From an uncultured Clostridia bacterium (GTDB lineage: Bacteria > Bacillota > Clostridia > Christensenellales > UBA1242): 64,000 bases of DNA. Shown in pieces: positions 29,587-39,681 of this stretch. Under the pieces are notes generated by a model, which saw only the letters and a program-made list of their open reading frames with translations, was not told where the DNA came from and did no database searches. Within the stretch, counting starts at the first letter, position 1. Each line of letters opens with the position of its first letter. Both the position numbers and the translations under genes were made by a program. The stretch is from assembly GCA_944383245.1 (NCBI GenBank), contig CALWOU010000001.1:30524-94523 (forward strand). Direction: 5' to 3'.

Positions 29587-30426
29587 CTACTTAGCTTTCG
29601 CTCTTTTGACAATTAACTTGTCAGAAGCTTTTTTCTGTTTTCTTGTCTTATAACCAAGGGCTGGTTTACCCCAAGGTGTAACAGGTCCTGCGTGACCGAC
29701 CGGTGACTTACCTTCACCACCACCGTGTGGGTGATCTACCGGGTTCATTGCAGATCCACGAACACTTGGACGAATTCCAAGGTGACGACTCTTTCCTGCC
29801 TTACCAAGAGAAATAATTTCTCTTTCTTCGTTACCAATTTCACCGATAGTTGCACGGCAATTAATTGGAACTTTTCTCATTTCGCCTGATGGCAAACGAA
29901 CAGTTGCGAATGCACCTTCTTTTGCCATAAGTTGAGCAGATAGTCCTGCACTTCTAACCATTTGACCGCCACGATTTGGTTGCAATTCGATGTTGTGAAT
30001 TTTGCTACCTAGTGGAATTTCAGAAAGTGGAAGTGCGTTTCCTGGCTTAATTTCAGCACCGACACCACTCATAACTTTATCGCCAACATTTAAGCCTTTT
30101 GGAGCGATGATATATCTCTTTTCGCCGTCAGCATAAACAAGCAAAGCGATGAAAGCAGTTCTATTTGGGTCGTATTGAATGCTGTCTACACGAGCCACAA
30201 TTCCGTCTTTATTGCGTTTGAAATCGATAATACGATATTTTGTTCTATTACCGCCACCGATATTTCTAACAGTGATTTTACCTTGAGCGTTACGTCCGCC
30301 TGTTTTTTTCTTTGTTCCAATTAAACTTGCAGGAACAACTGCGTTTTTAGTTAAAACATCTTTATATTGGATTGTTTTCTTGCCTCTTTGTCCAGGAGTT
30401 ACTGGATTATAACTTTTAATAGCCAT
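29587..30426 (-). CDS. rplB: 50S ribosomal protein L2
   Basis: [24 protein letters not shown]. Start trimmed to the ATG behind the SD AAGGAG. Confidence 0.97.
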   Translation of the reverse strand: MAIKSYNPVTPGQRGKKTIQYKDVLTKNAVVPASLIGTKKKTGGRNAQGKITVRNIGGGNRTKYRIIDFKRNKDGIVARVDSIQYDPNRTAFIALLVYADGEKRYIIAPKGLNVGDKVMSGVGAEIKPGNALPLSEIPLGSKIHNIELQPNRGGQMVRSAGLSAQLMAKEGAFATVRLPSGEMRKVPINCRATIGEIGNEEREIISLGKAGKSRHLGIRPSVRGSAMNPVDHPHGGGEGKSPVGHAGPVTPWGKPALGYKTRKQKKASDKLIVKRAKAK

Positions 30427-30439
30427 ATTCAATCTCCTT

Positions 30440-30742
30440 TTAGTTCAAGCTCTCGAAGAATGCGATAGCCTTTGATTCAGGTTTTAAGAAAACAACTGCT
30501 TTCTTGTAATCGCTTGTTCTACCAATAACTTTACCATTTTTTGTTCTTCTAGTTTTTGTTGTACCTTTCACTCTGATTGTGTTAACACGTGCCACTTGAA
30601 CCTCAAAAAGTTCTTCAACAGCCTTTTTGATTTCAACTTTGTTAGCATCAAGTTTAACTAAGAAAGTGTACACCTTATTTGGGAAGCCTGCGTATGATTT
30701 CTCTGTCATAATAGGCTTCAAGATGATTTCTTGCGCGTTCAT
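30440..30742 (-). CDS. rplW: 50S ribosomal protein L23
   Basis: Position, and [10 protein letters not shown]. Confidence 0.95.
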   Translation of the reverse strand: MNAQEIILKPIMTEKSYAGFPNKVYTFLVKLDANKVEIKKAVEELFEVQVARVNTIRVKGTTKTRRTKNGKVIGRTSDYKKAVVFLKPESKAIAFFESLN

Positions 30743-31365
30743 TATACGTATGCCTCCTCTAATTTCTTAATTGCGTTTTTATCGAAAACAAGATATGTGT
30801 TTTCAACAATGTCTGCAACGTTTAAAAGCATTGCGTCCTCACAAGACACTTTTTGAATGTTACCTGTTGCGCGGATGACGTTATCGTTCTTTCCGTCAGT
30901 AACAATAATTGTGCGCCTATTTAGACCAAATGTTTTTAAGAAGTTGCTAGCCTCTTTTGTTTTTGCGTTTTCAAAGTTGATTTTGTCTAAGATAACAACT
31001 TCGTTTTGCCTAATCTTTTCAGATAATGCTGAAGCGAACGCGATATCGCGCATTTTCTTATTTATCTTTTGACTAAAATCTCTTGGCTTTGGTGCAAACA
31101 CTACACCACCGCCCACGAATTGTGGAGCGCTCTTTTCGTCGTGACGGGCATTACCTGTGCCTTTTTGACGATAGATTTTCTTCTTACTAGTGTTAATTTC
31201 GCTACGAGTTAAGGTTGATTTTGTTCCTTGACGAGCATTGTTGTGCAAAGCAACAACAACTTGGTGAACTAATGGCTCATTATATTCAGCGCCAAACACC
31301 ATATCGTTTAGAGTGATTGAACCAACCTCTTCTTTATTCATATTATAAACTTTAAGTTTTGCCAT
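30742..31365 (-). CDS. rplD: 50S ribosomal protein L4
   Basis: RQGTKSTLTRSEI..KKIYRQKGTGNAR. Confidence 0.96.
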   Translation of the reverse strand: MAKLKVYNMNKEEVGSITLNDMVFGAEYNEPLVHQVVVALHNNARQGTKSTLTRSEINTSKKKIYRQKGTGNARHDEKSAPQFVGGGVVFAPKPRDFSQKINKKMRDIAFASALSEKIRQNEVVILDKINFENAKTKEASNFLKTFGLNRRTIIVTDGKNDNVIRATGNIQKVSCEDAMLLNVADIVENTYLVFDKNAIKKLEEAYV

Positions 31366-31376
31366 AGTTAACTCCT

Positions 31377-32009
31377 TTAAGCCTTCACAGCGGACTTAAT
31401 AGTAACTATTGATTTTTTAGGTCCAGGGATAGCACCCTTAACTAAAATTAAGTTTCTATCTGCGTCCACGCGCACAACTTTAAGATTTTGTATTGTAACT
31501 GCCTCGTGACCATATTGACCAGGCATCTTTTTACCTTTAAACACTCTGCTTGGTGTTGAGTTAGCACCCATTGAACCAACTTCGCGGTGAACAGGACCAA
31601 CACCGTGTGTCATTTTAAGTCTGTGATGATTCCAACGTTTGATAACACCTGAGAATCCGTGACCTTTTGTGACTCCAGAAACGTCAACAAGATCCCCCTC
31701 TTTGAACATATCAGCCTTAATTTCTTGACCAAGGGCGAATTTTGTTACGTCGTCGTATCTAAATTCTTTTAAAACTCTTTTTGCGTCAATGCCAGCTTTT
31801 TTAAAAGTGCCTGCTTGACTTTTGTTTACATTCTTTGCTTTAACTTCGCCGAATGCTAGTTGAACTGAATTGTAGCCATCCACATCTTCAGTTTTGATTT
31901 GTGACACATAGCAAGGACCAGCCTCGATAACTGTTACAGGCTCAACTCTTCCGTCGTCCATAAACACTTGCGTCATACCAACTTTTCTACCTATGATTGC
32001 TTTTTCCAC
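31377..32009 (-). CDS. rplC: 50S ribosomal protein L3
   Basis: IGRKVGMTQVF..TKGHGFSGVIKRW. Confidence 0.97.
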   Translation of the reverse strand: MEKAIIGRKVGMTQVFMDDGRVEPVTVIEAGPCYVSQIKTEDVDGYNSVQLAFGEVKAKNVNKSQAGTFKKAGIDAKRVLKEFRYDDVTKFALGQEIKADMFKEGDLVDVSGVTKGHGFSGVIKRWNHHRLKMTHGVGPVHREVGSMGANSTPSRVFKGKKMPGQYGHEAVTIQNLKVVRVDADRNLILVKGAIPGPKKSIVTIKSAVKA

Positions 32010-32018
32010 AGTGCCCTC

Positions 32019-32327
32019 CTATAATTCCACTTTAATGTCCACACCGCTTGGCACGTTCATTTTTAAAACAGTGTCAATAGCTTTTTGGTTTGGTGCGTAA
32101 ACATCAATAAGCCTAAAATGTGTGCGAGATTCGAATTGCTCGCGTGAATCCTTGTTAACGTGAGTTGAACGAAGGATTGTTACCACTTCTTTCTTTGTTG
32201 GAAGTGGAATTGGTCCAGACACTTTGCATCCAGACTTTGTTGCAGTGTCAAGAATTCTTGAAACCACATTCTCGATTAAACCTGTATCATATGAAGCAAG
32301 TTTGATTCTGATTTTTCTTGTTGCCAT
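32019..32327 (-). CDS. rpsJ: 30S ribosomal protein S10
   Basis: KIRIKLASYD..SGPIPLPTK. Confidence 0.97.
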   Translation of the reverse strand: MATRKIRIKLASYDTGLIENVVSRILDTATKSGCKVSGPIPLPTKKEVVTILRSTHVNKDSREQFESRTHFRLIDVYAPNQKAIDTVLKMNVPSGVDIKVEL

Positions 32328-32589
32328 TTTTCTCTCCTTTCTTTACTTAGCAATTAAACCGGAAAATCTTAAACACTTCTAAAGTTTAGCACGGTAGTAT
32401 GCAATTATCCATTTACACTTGCACGCGTTTACACCAAGCCGTGTGTTAAGTGCTAATTCTCAAAAATAAATAAGGCTCAACACCTTTATTTTGCCGGTCG
32501 CTCTAACGAACATATGGTAAGCACAAATTCCCACCAGCAACCTGTTTTGCTGTTGCAACCTTGTGCCGTAACCCACAATTAGCAATGTT
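32328..32589 (-). promoter_or_regulatory. Long (~255 nt) 5' leader of the S10 operon with internal hairpins
   Basis: Lies between the promoter (32590..32618) and the rpsJ ATG. Contains GCACAA..TTGTGC and CAGCAA..TTGCTG stems, and a weak AU-rich hairpin plus AUUUUUG at 32461..32492. Confidence 0.45.
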
Positions 32590-32618
32590 ATTTTATCAAA
32601 CAACTAAATCTTTGTCAA
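32590..32618 (-). promoter_or_regulatory. S10-operon promoter TTGACA-17-TAAAAT
   Basis: tgtcaa at 32613..32618 and atttta at 32590..32595 on the plus strand. Confidence 0.65.
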
Positions 32619-32859
32619 CACTTTTTTAAAAATTTTTTAAAATATTTTTATAATTTTAATTTGCTTATTTTTTTAATGATACCTCATTGTTGACATAGTT
32701 AACAAATAATCGCGCGCACGCGTATATAAATAAGGTAAAATAATGAGTAAATATCAATTAATAATTTGTAATAAATAAATGGCAATTAATAATTAGTTAT
32801 GATTAAAGATAAAAATTATATATTACTCAAAAGTTTTTTAAAAATTTTTAAAAAAGGTA

Positions 32860-32888
32860 TTTACAAACAAAAAAATATGTGTTAAAAT
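32860..32888 (+). promoter_or_regulatory. Promoter TTTACA-17-TAAAAT with TGTG -16 element
   Basis: tttaca at 32860..32865 and taaaat at 32883..32888. The same ATGTGTTAAAATC 13-mer also occurs upstream of the DUF2188 gene (about 16303..16315). Confidence 0.55.
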
Positions 32889-32926
32889 CATAGCGAATTA
32901 AAAAATTTATAATTTAGGAGAAAAAT

Positions 32927-33400
32927 ATGGCTGAATTTGATAAAAATAAATCAGAAATGGCAAAAAAGTTAGGTAGAATTAACGAAGCAGAATTATTTAA
33001 TAGATATTTCATTGCTGATGAAAGTGTTAAAAATGATCCTAACTTAAATGATAAATTGGCGGATGAATATAACACTATTGTTGACAGTCAAACCGGAAAC
33101 AATTTAAATTTTAGATTTATTTACAATCTTGCGCCTAAAACTTCAAATGCCTTGGCATCAATGCTAGCAACAAATATTTTATCTAACTCCGCTCTTTTAG
33201 GATACAAGTTAAATACCTATGCCATTTTAGAAGATTTTGAAAAATTTTTAAAAGAAAACCCAAAAGAAACTGTGCTAGCATCCTCTAGAGACCCTAAGGC
33301 TTTACCAACTGAATATTTAAAAGGTCTTATTAGATACTTTAGAGATGATTTATTGCAACCTACAATAACCTGGTATGTTAACAGCTCATTAAGCGTTTAA
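32927..33400 (+). CDS. Hypothetical protein (157 aa)
   Basis: SD AGGAG 7 nt upstream, no signal peptide, no recognisable motif. Confidence 0.5.
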   Translation: MAEFDKNKSEMAKKLGRINEAELFNRYFIADESVKNDPNLNDKLADEYNTIVDSQTGNNLNFRFIYNLAPKTSNALASMLATNILSNSALLGYKLNTYAILEDFEKFLKENPKETVLASSRDPKALPTEYLKGLIRYFRDDLLQPTITWYVNSSLSV

Positions 33401-33414
33401 ATTAAATAGTGTAT

Positions 33415-33443
33415 AAAAAATTGACCAAATTGGTCAATTTTTT
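33415..33443. terminator. Bidirectional terminator between convergent orphan genes
   Basis: Perfect 13-bp stem AAAAAATTGACCA-aat-TGGTCAATTTTTT. Confidence 0.8.
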
Positions 33444-33445
33444 AT

Positions 33446-35101
33446 TTAAAAGGATGGTTCAATCTCAACATTTACACCTCTCTCATTTTCAACCTTTATA
33501 TCAGTAGATTGTGAAATGTTTGTATTTATTTGATTTGAGTTACCTTTCGTATCAATCAAATCAAGGTCATCAGTATTTATAGTTGTTCTTGCTCGTTGAG
33601 CATTTGTTGATGCTTGTTTATCTTGTTTAGTGGCAGAGCCTATTATCGATTTATGCTCATTATAATTAGTTGCGACGTCCACTCTATTGTTAGTTACACT
33701 TGAACTTGAGGTTGAAAAACTTGTTGACGTGGTAGTGCCTTGCTCTTTTTTTTCTTCCTTTTTCTTTTTGCCTCCACCGCCTTTTCCGCCAGAACCTCCA
33801 CTCTTTGTGGCTCCTTTTTTATTTAATGAAGGTTTTGCGCTTGCGTTTGATTTTGTTTGCTCGGCTGAATTTTCTTTAACCGCTTCTGATTTTGTTTCTT
33901 TTTGTTTAGTTTGCTCTTTAACCTCGGTTTGAGTTTGTTCTTCCGTCATAGCGAGAATATCAATGCCAAACTCATCCAGCGCCATTTTTAATTTTGATTT
34001 ACTTGATATTTTTTCATCTTTGTTGCCACTAACTATCGCGCCAATTAGCCCAACAGTTGCCAAACGCTTACCAGATAGCAACCTAACCGCATTAAATTGC
34101 ACTCTGTTTATTGCATTTCTTTCTGCCTCGATATATTCCTTTGCGAGTTCATTTAGCGGGCGATTTTCTTCGCCATTTGTTTTTAAACGAACAATAGGAG
34201 GTATGTTTTTTTCAATGTCATCCGAACTGTCAAACAAATTTTCTTCTACAATTTCTAAACGTTCGCCAATTTTGTTGTTGTAATTTACTTTTGCGTTGTG
34301 GATTTCGCTATTAAACTCTTTTTTCTCATCGTCTGTTAAAACTGATTTATTTTCTTCGATTTTTTGCGTGATAACTTCGTTTAACGTTTTTGCAAAATTT
34401 GGTTTATCAAATTTAATAAATCTATTATTTTCTTTCAATGCAGACTTTATCGCTGAATCGGTTGCTTTTTTAAGTTTTGGATAGTGAGTTAAAATTTCAA
34501 ACACATCTGTTGCGTATTCAGACTCAATCTCTTCAATCTCTTCCTCTTTATCTAGCAACATTTTATTAGCAACAAGATTTTCTTTAAAACGGTTTACTAT
34601 TAAACTATATAAAACAGCGATAGTTTCTTCATCCATTTTAAACACATCTTCCGCCTCGCCCTCAGTGGTTGATATATTCCAGCGATTGTATAAAATTGTT
34701 TTATCTACCTCGCCACTCGTTTCAACCTCATCTAAAAGATATTCGTTTATGTTGCTATACACACCACTATTTTGCTTATTGTTCGCCTCATAATTTAATT
34801 TTTCAACAAGAGTGAGTGTTGCGCGTTCGCCTTCAAATGTTACTAAAAAACTTATTTGCTTATCTAACTTTAAATTTGAAACACAAATATCTATATTGTC
34901 AATAGTTTCAACAATATATTTTTTCATATTTATTAATTCTTTAACAAGGTCTGGGTCAACCACATAATTGCCTTCACTATCAAAATCGCCCAACATAAAA
35001 CCCGAAATTGTGTGGCGCAAATTATTGAACTTTAAATATTCAATATCTGCAATATCTTCAACATATCCTAATTCGCTATCTAATTTTTGATACTTTGCCA
35101 T
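33446..35101 (-). CDS. Hypothetical acidic protein with disordered G/K- and S/T-rich tail (551 aa)
   Basis: No signal peptide or TM helix. E/K-rich helical body. Tail contains KSGGSGGKGGGGKKKKEEKKEQGTTTSTSFSTSSSS. Confidence 0.5.
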   Translation of the reverse strand: MAKYQKLDSELGYVEDIADIEYLKFNNLRHTISGFMLGDFDSEGNYVVDPDLVKELINMKKYIVETIDNIDICVSNLKLDKQISFLVTFEGERATLTLVEKLNYEANNKQNSGVYSNINEYLLDEVETSGEVDKTILYNRWNISTTEGEAEDVFKMDEETIAVLYSLIVNRFKENLVANKMLLDKEEEIEEIESEYATDVFEILTHYPKLKKATDSAIKSALKENNRFIKFDKPNFAKTLNEVITQKIEENKSVLTDDEKKEFNSEIHNAKVNYNNKIGERLEIVEENLFDSSDDIEKNIPPIVRLKTNGEENRPLNELAKEYIEAERNAINRVQFNAVRLLSGKRLATVGLIGAIVSGNKDEKISSKSKLKMALDEFGIDILAMTEEQTQTEVKEQTKQKETKSEAVKENSAEQTKSNASAKPSLNKKGATKSGGSGGKGGGGKKKKEEKKEQGTTTSTSFSTSSSSVTNNRVDVATNYNEHKSIIGSATKQDKQASTNAQRARTTINTDDLDLIDTKGNSNQINTNISQSTDIKVENERGVNVEIEPSF

Positions 35102-35220
35102 AAGCCTCTCCCTAAATTTTTTAAAATTTCAAGGTGTTGTATTTTATTTTTTTTATTATAACATAAATTAGACAAATTTCAAACAAATAGCACAAATTTT
35201 TATTATATTTATTTCGTTTT

Positions 35221-35389
35221 ATTTTTTTAATAAAATTGTTTTTTAATAATTAGATTTTCAACAAATTTTTAAATTTTATTAAATTTTTTTAATTTTTTTC
35301 TGTATTTTTTAAATTTTTTAGCATTTTTTATTAATTTTTTAAAAAATTTTTATTTTTTTAGAAAACAAAAAAGAAGATTAATTTGAACT
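35221..35389. repeat. Phased T-tract array (A-tracts on the coding strand)
   Basis: T5-T7 runs recur about every 8-12 bp (e.g. atttttttaatttttttctgtattttttaaattttttagcattttttattaatttttt). Confidence 0.7.
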
Positions 35390-36460
35390 TTAATCTTCTT
35401 GCATCGCTAATTTCTTTTGTTGGTCGGCAATCGTGAGTGCGTCAATCATCTCATCAAGGTCGCCATCCATAAACGCATTTATATCATATAACGACAAACC
35501 AATTCTATGGTCGGTCACTCTACCTTGTGGGAAGTTATACGTTCTTATACGTTCACTTCTATCACCCGTGCCAACTTGGCTTTTTCTATTTTCTTTATAT
35601 TCCGCTTCTTTTTGTTGTTGATAATAGTCAAACACTTTGGCACGCAAAATATTGAATGCTTTTTCTTTATTTTGGGTTTGGCTTCGTTCATCCTGGCAGG
35701 ATACAACAATTCCGGTAGGAAAGTGAGTTATTCTGATTGCCGAGTCTGTTTTGTTAACTTTTTGACCACCAGCACCACTTGAACGGAAAATATCAATTCT
35801 AATATCTTTTTCGTCAATTTTAACATCTGCATCTTCCATTTCAGGCAAAATCGCAACAGTTACTGTTGAAGTGTGCACCCTTCCTTGGCTTTCAGTTTCA
35901 GGCACGCGTTGCACTCTATGAACACCCGACTCATATTTAAATCTAGCATACGCATTTTTTCCTTTAATTAGCGCTTGCACTTCTTTAACTCCGCCAAGTT
36001 CGGTTTCTTCTATGTTTAGTATTTCCATTTTATATTTGTGGCTATCGCAATACATTTGGTACATTCTAAGAAGTGAGTGAGCAAATAATGCGCTTTCTTC
36101 TCCGCCTGCACCACCACGAATTTCAAGTATAACATTTTTAGAATCGTTTTCATCTTTTGGAAGCATTAAAATTTTCAATTTCTCAACACTTTCATCCATT
36201 TTCTCTTTTGAAGATAACGATTCTTCTTTCAACATTTCGCGCATATCAGGGTCGGTTTCGCTTTTTAGCATTTCATTTGCGTCGCAGTAGTCTTTTTCAC
36301 ATTTTAAATAATTTTCATATTCTTCCATTAGTTCTTGTAATGACGCGTGTTCTTTCACTTTTGCTTGCCATAGTTTATTGTCGGCAATAATATCAGGATC
36401 GGCAATTTCGCGAGTGAGAGTATCAAATCTTTCCTTTATAACTTTTAACTTTTCAATCAT
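35390..36460 (-). CDS. prfA: Peptide chain release factor 1
   Basis: SGAGGQKVNKT (GGQ) and the RF1-type tripeptide region RVPETES. Confidence 0.95.
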   Translation of the reverse strand: MIEKLKVIKERFDTLTREIADPDIIADNKLWQAKVKEHASLQELMEEYENYLKCEKDYCDANEMLKSETDPDMREMLKEESLSSKEKMDESVEKLKILMLPKDENDSKNVILEIRGGAGGEESALFAHSLLRMYQMYCDSHKYKMEILNIEETELGGVKEVQALIKGKNAYARFKYESGVHRVQRVPETESQGRVHTSTVTVAILPEMEDADVKIDEKDIRIDIFRSSGAGGQKVNKTDSAIRITHFPTGIVVSCQDERSQTQNKEKAFNILRAKVFDYYQQQKEAEYKENRKSQVGTGDRSERIRTYNFPQGRVTDHRIGLSLYDINAFMDGDLDEMIDALTIADQQKKLAMQED

Positions 36461-36650
36461 TTTTATTTCCTTTTTTTAAAAAATTTTAAATTTTGCTTAT
36501 TTTTATATGTTTTTTTTAAATTTTTTTTACGTTTTTTAATAACTTTTTGAAATTTTTAATATTTTTTATTTTAATTTTTTAGTTTTATTTTTGATGATTT
36601 TATTTTTAATTTTTGTTAGTTTCTAAAATTATTTTTTTAAATATAATAAC
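36461..36650. repeat. Phased T-tract array between prmC and prfA
   Basis: 190 bp made almost entirely of T4-T8 runs separated by 2-6 nt. Confidence 0.7.
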
Positions 36651-37463
36651 TTAATTTTTAAACACTAGCACGCGGTCATTTCCGCCGTAGTCTTTAACGC
36701 ATTCAATAAAATTAAAATCAGTGAATAATGATGTTACTAAATATTTTTGTTCGTCTCCAATTTCTAAAATAAGATAGCCGTTTTCGTTTAGGTGTTTTTT
36801 TGCATTATTGTGGATGATGTTATAAAATTTAAGTCCTAATTCGCCACCATCTAAAGCGATACGTGGGTCGTGGTCTTTAACTTCCAAATCCAATTCATCT
36901 ATATCATCCGAAGCAATATATGGCGGATTAGATATGATTAAATCAAATTTATTTTCAATTTTATCAAACATATCTGAATGAATAAAATTGATTTCCGCTT
37001 GTAAATTTTTCGCGTTAAGTTTTGCTATTTTAAGCGCTTTTGTGGATATATCACTTGCCGTTACATCAACATTTGCATTTTTCTTAACCGCTATTGCAAG
37101 GCACCCTGAACCTGTGCATAAATCCAACACAGATTTTAGATTGTTCTCTTTTATAATTTTCAATGCTTTTTCAACTAAAATCTCGCTATCACTTCGCGGT
37201 GTGAGCACGTTTTCATCAACCACAAATTCTAGCCCATAAAAATACTTTTTTTTGAAAATTTTATCAATCGGTTTACCTTGTAGTCTCTCTTTTGCAAAAT
37301 CTTGAATGCTTTGAAATTGCGAGTTTGAAATTTCATCTATTAAATTAAGTTCTGTGTGTGAAACGTTTAAAACTTCAGCAATGATGAAATCTGCATCAAT
37401 ACTATCAATATTGTTATTTTCAAACTCTGTTTTTAAAGATTTCCTCACATCATTTAATTTCAT
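36651..37463 (-). CDS. prmC: Release-factor glutamine N5-methyltransferase
   Basis: LDLCTGSGCLAI (SAM site) and IISNPPYI motifs. Start trimmed to MKLNDV behind the SD AGGAGAG. Confidence 0.9.
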   Translation of the reverse strand: MKLNDVRKSLKTEFENNNIDSIDADFIIAEVLNVSHTELNLIDEISNSQFQSIQDFAKERLQGKPIDKIFKKKYFYGLEFVVDENVLTPRSDSEILVEKALKIIKENNLKSVLDLCTGSGCLAIAVKKNANVDVTASDISTKALKIAKLNAKNLQAEINFIHSDMFDKIENKFDLIISNPPYIASDDIDELDLEVKDHDPRIALDGGELGLKFYNIIHNNAKKHLNENGYLILEIGDEQKYLVTSLFTDFNFIECVKDYGGNDRVLVFKN

Positions 37464-37573
37464 AAACTCTCCTAAACAACAAATAAAAAAGCGTGCCAAT
37501 ATTTGCGAATTTATTTTCTAGCAATTGCCAAAAAATTAATAAACATACGCAAAAAAGACACGCTAAATCTAAG

Positions 37574-37792
37574 CTATTTTAGTTTGTATTTATGTTTGAA
37601 ACTTTCTACTCTACCTTTAGTGTCAACTAACTTTTGTTGACCTGTAAAGAATGGGTGACATTTATCGCAAACTTCAAGTTTAACAGTGTCGCCTGGTTTT
37701 GTGCCTGGTTTAGCAGTTTTACCTGCAAATTCAGCACCACAAGCGCATACGAATGTTACATCCACATAGTTTGGTTGAATATCTTTTTGCAT
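37574..37792 (-). CDS. rpmE: 50S ribosomal protein L31 (Cys-containing form)
   Basis: MQKDIQPNY..CACG..CDKCHPFFTG. Confidence 0.95.
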   Translation of the reverse strand: MQKDIQPNYVDVTFVCACGAEFAGKTAKPGTKPGDTVKLEVCDKCHPFFTGQQKLVDTKGRVESFKHKYKLK

Positions 37793-37833
37793 ACTCTTCT
37801 CCTTTTTAACTAAATTTTGCTTTTTAAAGCAAA

Positions 37834-37877
37834 CGAAAAGGCAAAATAACCATTTTACTTAAAATAGTTTTTGCCTT
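37834..37877 (-). terminator. Candidate terminator after murC
   Basis: AAGGCAAAA/TTTTGCCTT 9-bp stem with only a weak U-run (UUUCG). Confidence 0.4.
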
Positions 37878-37921
37878 AATAGTTCATAGCGATATGATTA
37901 TACATTAAAGAAACGATTTTG

Positions 37922-39181
37922 TCAACTGTTTTTGCAATAACTTTTTATAATCTTTTTTGCAACTTCATCAACATCTCCCGCTCCAATGAAAGCAACAGCA
38001 TCAAACTCTGGAATAATTTTGGTTAGTTTTTTACCCGTTGCCACATATTTTACGTTTGAATTTACCTTTTTAATCTCTTGATACAATTCGTAAGCAGATT
38101 TGCCTGCACTTCTCTTTTCTCTTGCCGGATATTCCTTAAAAATATACAAATTATCCACATTTTTAAACACTTTAACGAACTCTTGCAAAAAGTTTTTTGT
38201 GCGAGAATAAGTGTGCGGTTGAAAGACTATAAGGCAATTAGTATAATCTAGTTTAAATGTTTCAATGAAATTTTTTATCTCAGTTGGATGATGTGCATAA
38301 TCTATGAAAATTTTTGTGTTTTTAATTCTTCCAATCTCTTCATATCTTCTAGGAATACTAGAAAAAGACGATACTGCCTTTAAAATATTTTTTTCGTCAA
38401 GATCTAAACTTTTTGTTACAGCATAAGCAAGCGCTATATTTCTTTGATTATACTCGCCTTTTAGTTTGGTTTTAAATTTTAATTCTGATGATACAAAATT
38501 AATATTTTTATGACGTAATAAAAATTTTGTCGATTCATCTAAATATACAAATCTAGATTTTGCACGCTTTAAAAATGTTAAAAATGCGTTTTTTAAATTA
38601 AATAAACTTTTATAACTATCCATATGTTCTGGCTCGATATTGCTGACTACCGATATATCTGGTTTCAAAGATAAAAAACTTTTGTTATACTCACACGCTT
38701 CCACCACCAAATAGTCATCATTTAACTCAAATCGTGGTGCAAAAACGTCTGCTCCGATATGGCAGGAAACCTTTTTGTTTGAAAGGCGCAAAATTTCATA
38801 AATTAGGCTTGCTGTTGTGCTTTTTCCGTGCGTGCCAGCAACTGCTATAACGCATTTAAACTGCGCGCATAATTCGCCTAAAACTTCTGCCCTATCTTTA
38901 ATAGGAATACCCTTATTTTTTAGTGCAATTATGTATTTATCATCGTTTTTTATAGCACCGGTTTTTATAGCAAAATTCACGTCTAAAAATTTCTTATTAA
39001 ATCTAGTTGTAACTTTAATGCCTGAATTTTCGCACAACTTTGTGTACGAATTTCGTTTTCTATCATAGCCGTAAACATTGTAACCCACGTGTTTATATGC
39101 GACGGCTAATTGATGCATACTGACTCCACCTATTCCTAAAAACAAAACAGATTTTTCAATAATTTTATTCATTTTTTTCAC
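37922..39181 (-). CDS. murC: UDP-N-acetylmuramate--L-alanine ligase
   Basis: LGIGGVSMHQLA and AGTHGKSTT motifs. Confidence 0.88.
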   Translation of the reverse strand: MKKMNKIIEKSVLFLGIGGVSMHQLAVAYKHVGYNVYGYDRKRNSYTKLCENSGIKVTTRFNKKFLDVNFAIKTGAIKNDDKYIIALKNKGIPIKDRAEVLGELCAQFKCVIAVAGTHGKSTTASLIYEILRLSNKKVSCHIGADVFAPRFELNDDYLVVEACEYNKSFLSLKPDISVVSNIEPEHMDSYKSLFNLKNAFLTFLKRAKSRFVYLDESTKFLLRHKNINFVSSELKFKTKLKGEYNQRNIALAYAVTKSLDLDEKNILKAVSSFSSIPRRYEEIGRIKNTKIFIDYAHHPTEIKNFIETFKLDYTNCLIVFQPHTYSRTKNFLQEFVKVFKNVDNLYIFKEYPAREKRSAGKSAYELYQEIKKVNSNVKYVATGKKLTKIIPEFDAVAFIGAGDVDEVAKKIIKSYCKNS

Positions 39182-39332
39182 CTAATTATTTTTATGAATT
39201 TATTTTCAAATAAGTTAGTATGCAGTTAAAAATAATTAATTATATTGCAAAAACTATTTATAAAAAACTAAAATTTTATAGCAAAACAAATCAATTATTG
39301 TTAAAAAATTTTATAAAACTATGTTAAAACGT

Positions 39333-39361
39333 TTGCGTTTAAATTTTATTTTAGTTAAAAT
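39333..39361 (+). promoter_or_regulatory. Candidate spoVG promoter TTGCGT-17-TAAAAT
   Basis: Hexamers at 39333..39338 and 39356..39361. Confidence 0.5.
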
Positions 39362-39406
39362 ATTAGTAACTACTAAAATGTAGAATCTATTAAAAGGGAA
39401 AGGTGA

Positions 39407-39673
39407 ATGAATTTGAATATCACAGACGTTAGAATTAAATTGGTTGCCAAGGAAGATAGCAAATTAAAAGCCATCGCCTCTTTCACTATTGATGAAGTAT
39501 TTGTTGTTCACGACGTGAAAGTTTTAGAGGGTAACAATGGATTGTACATCAAAATGCCTCAAAAACAATCGCCAAACGGTGAATATAGAGATATTGCTCA
39601 TCCAACCAACACTGAAACAAGAGAACAAATTAGTTCCGCTGTATTGTCTGCTTACGAAAGCGCAAAACAATAA
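39407..39673 (+). CDS. spoVG: Septation protein SpoVG
   Basis: ITDVRIKLV..LKAIASFTIDEVFVVHDVKVLEG.NGLYIKMP. Confidence 0.93.
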   Translation: MNLNITDVRIKLVAKEDSKLKAIASFTIDEVFVVHDVKVLEGNNGLYIKMPQKQSPNGEYRDIAHPTNTETREQISSAVLSAYESAKQ

Positions 39674-39681
39674 AGCAAAAA

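Noticed and set aside
35390-36460. Programmed +1 frameshift typical of release-factor genes
   Set aside because: This is RF1 (PET-type tripeptide region), read as a single uninterrupted ORF. The frameshift is a feature of prfB (RF2).
35102-36650. AT-rich repetitive spacers as a CRISPR array or a replication origin
   Set aside because: There is no repeat-spacer periodicity with conserved repeats of 24 nt or more, and no DnaA-box (TTATCCACA-like) clusters. They are low-complexity phased A/T tracts.
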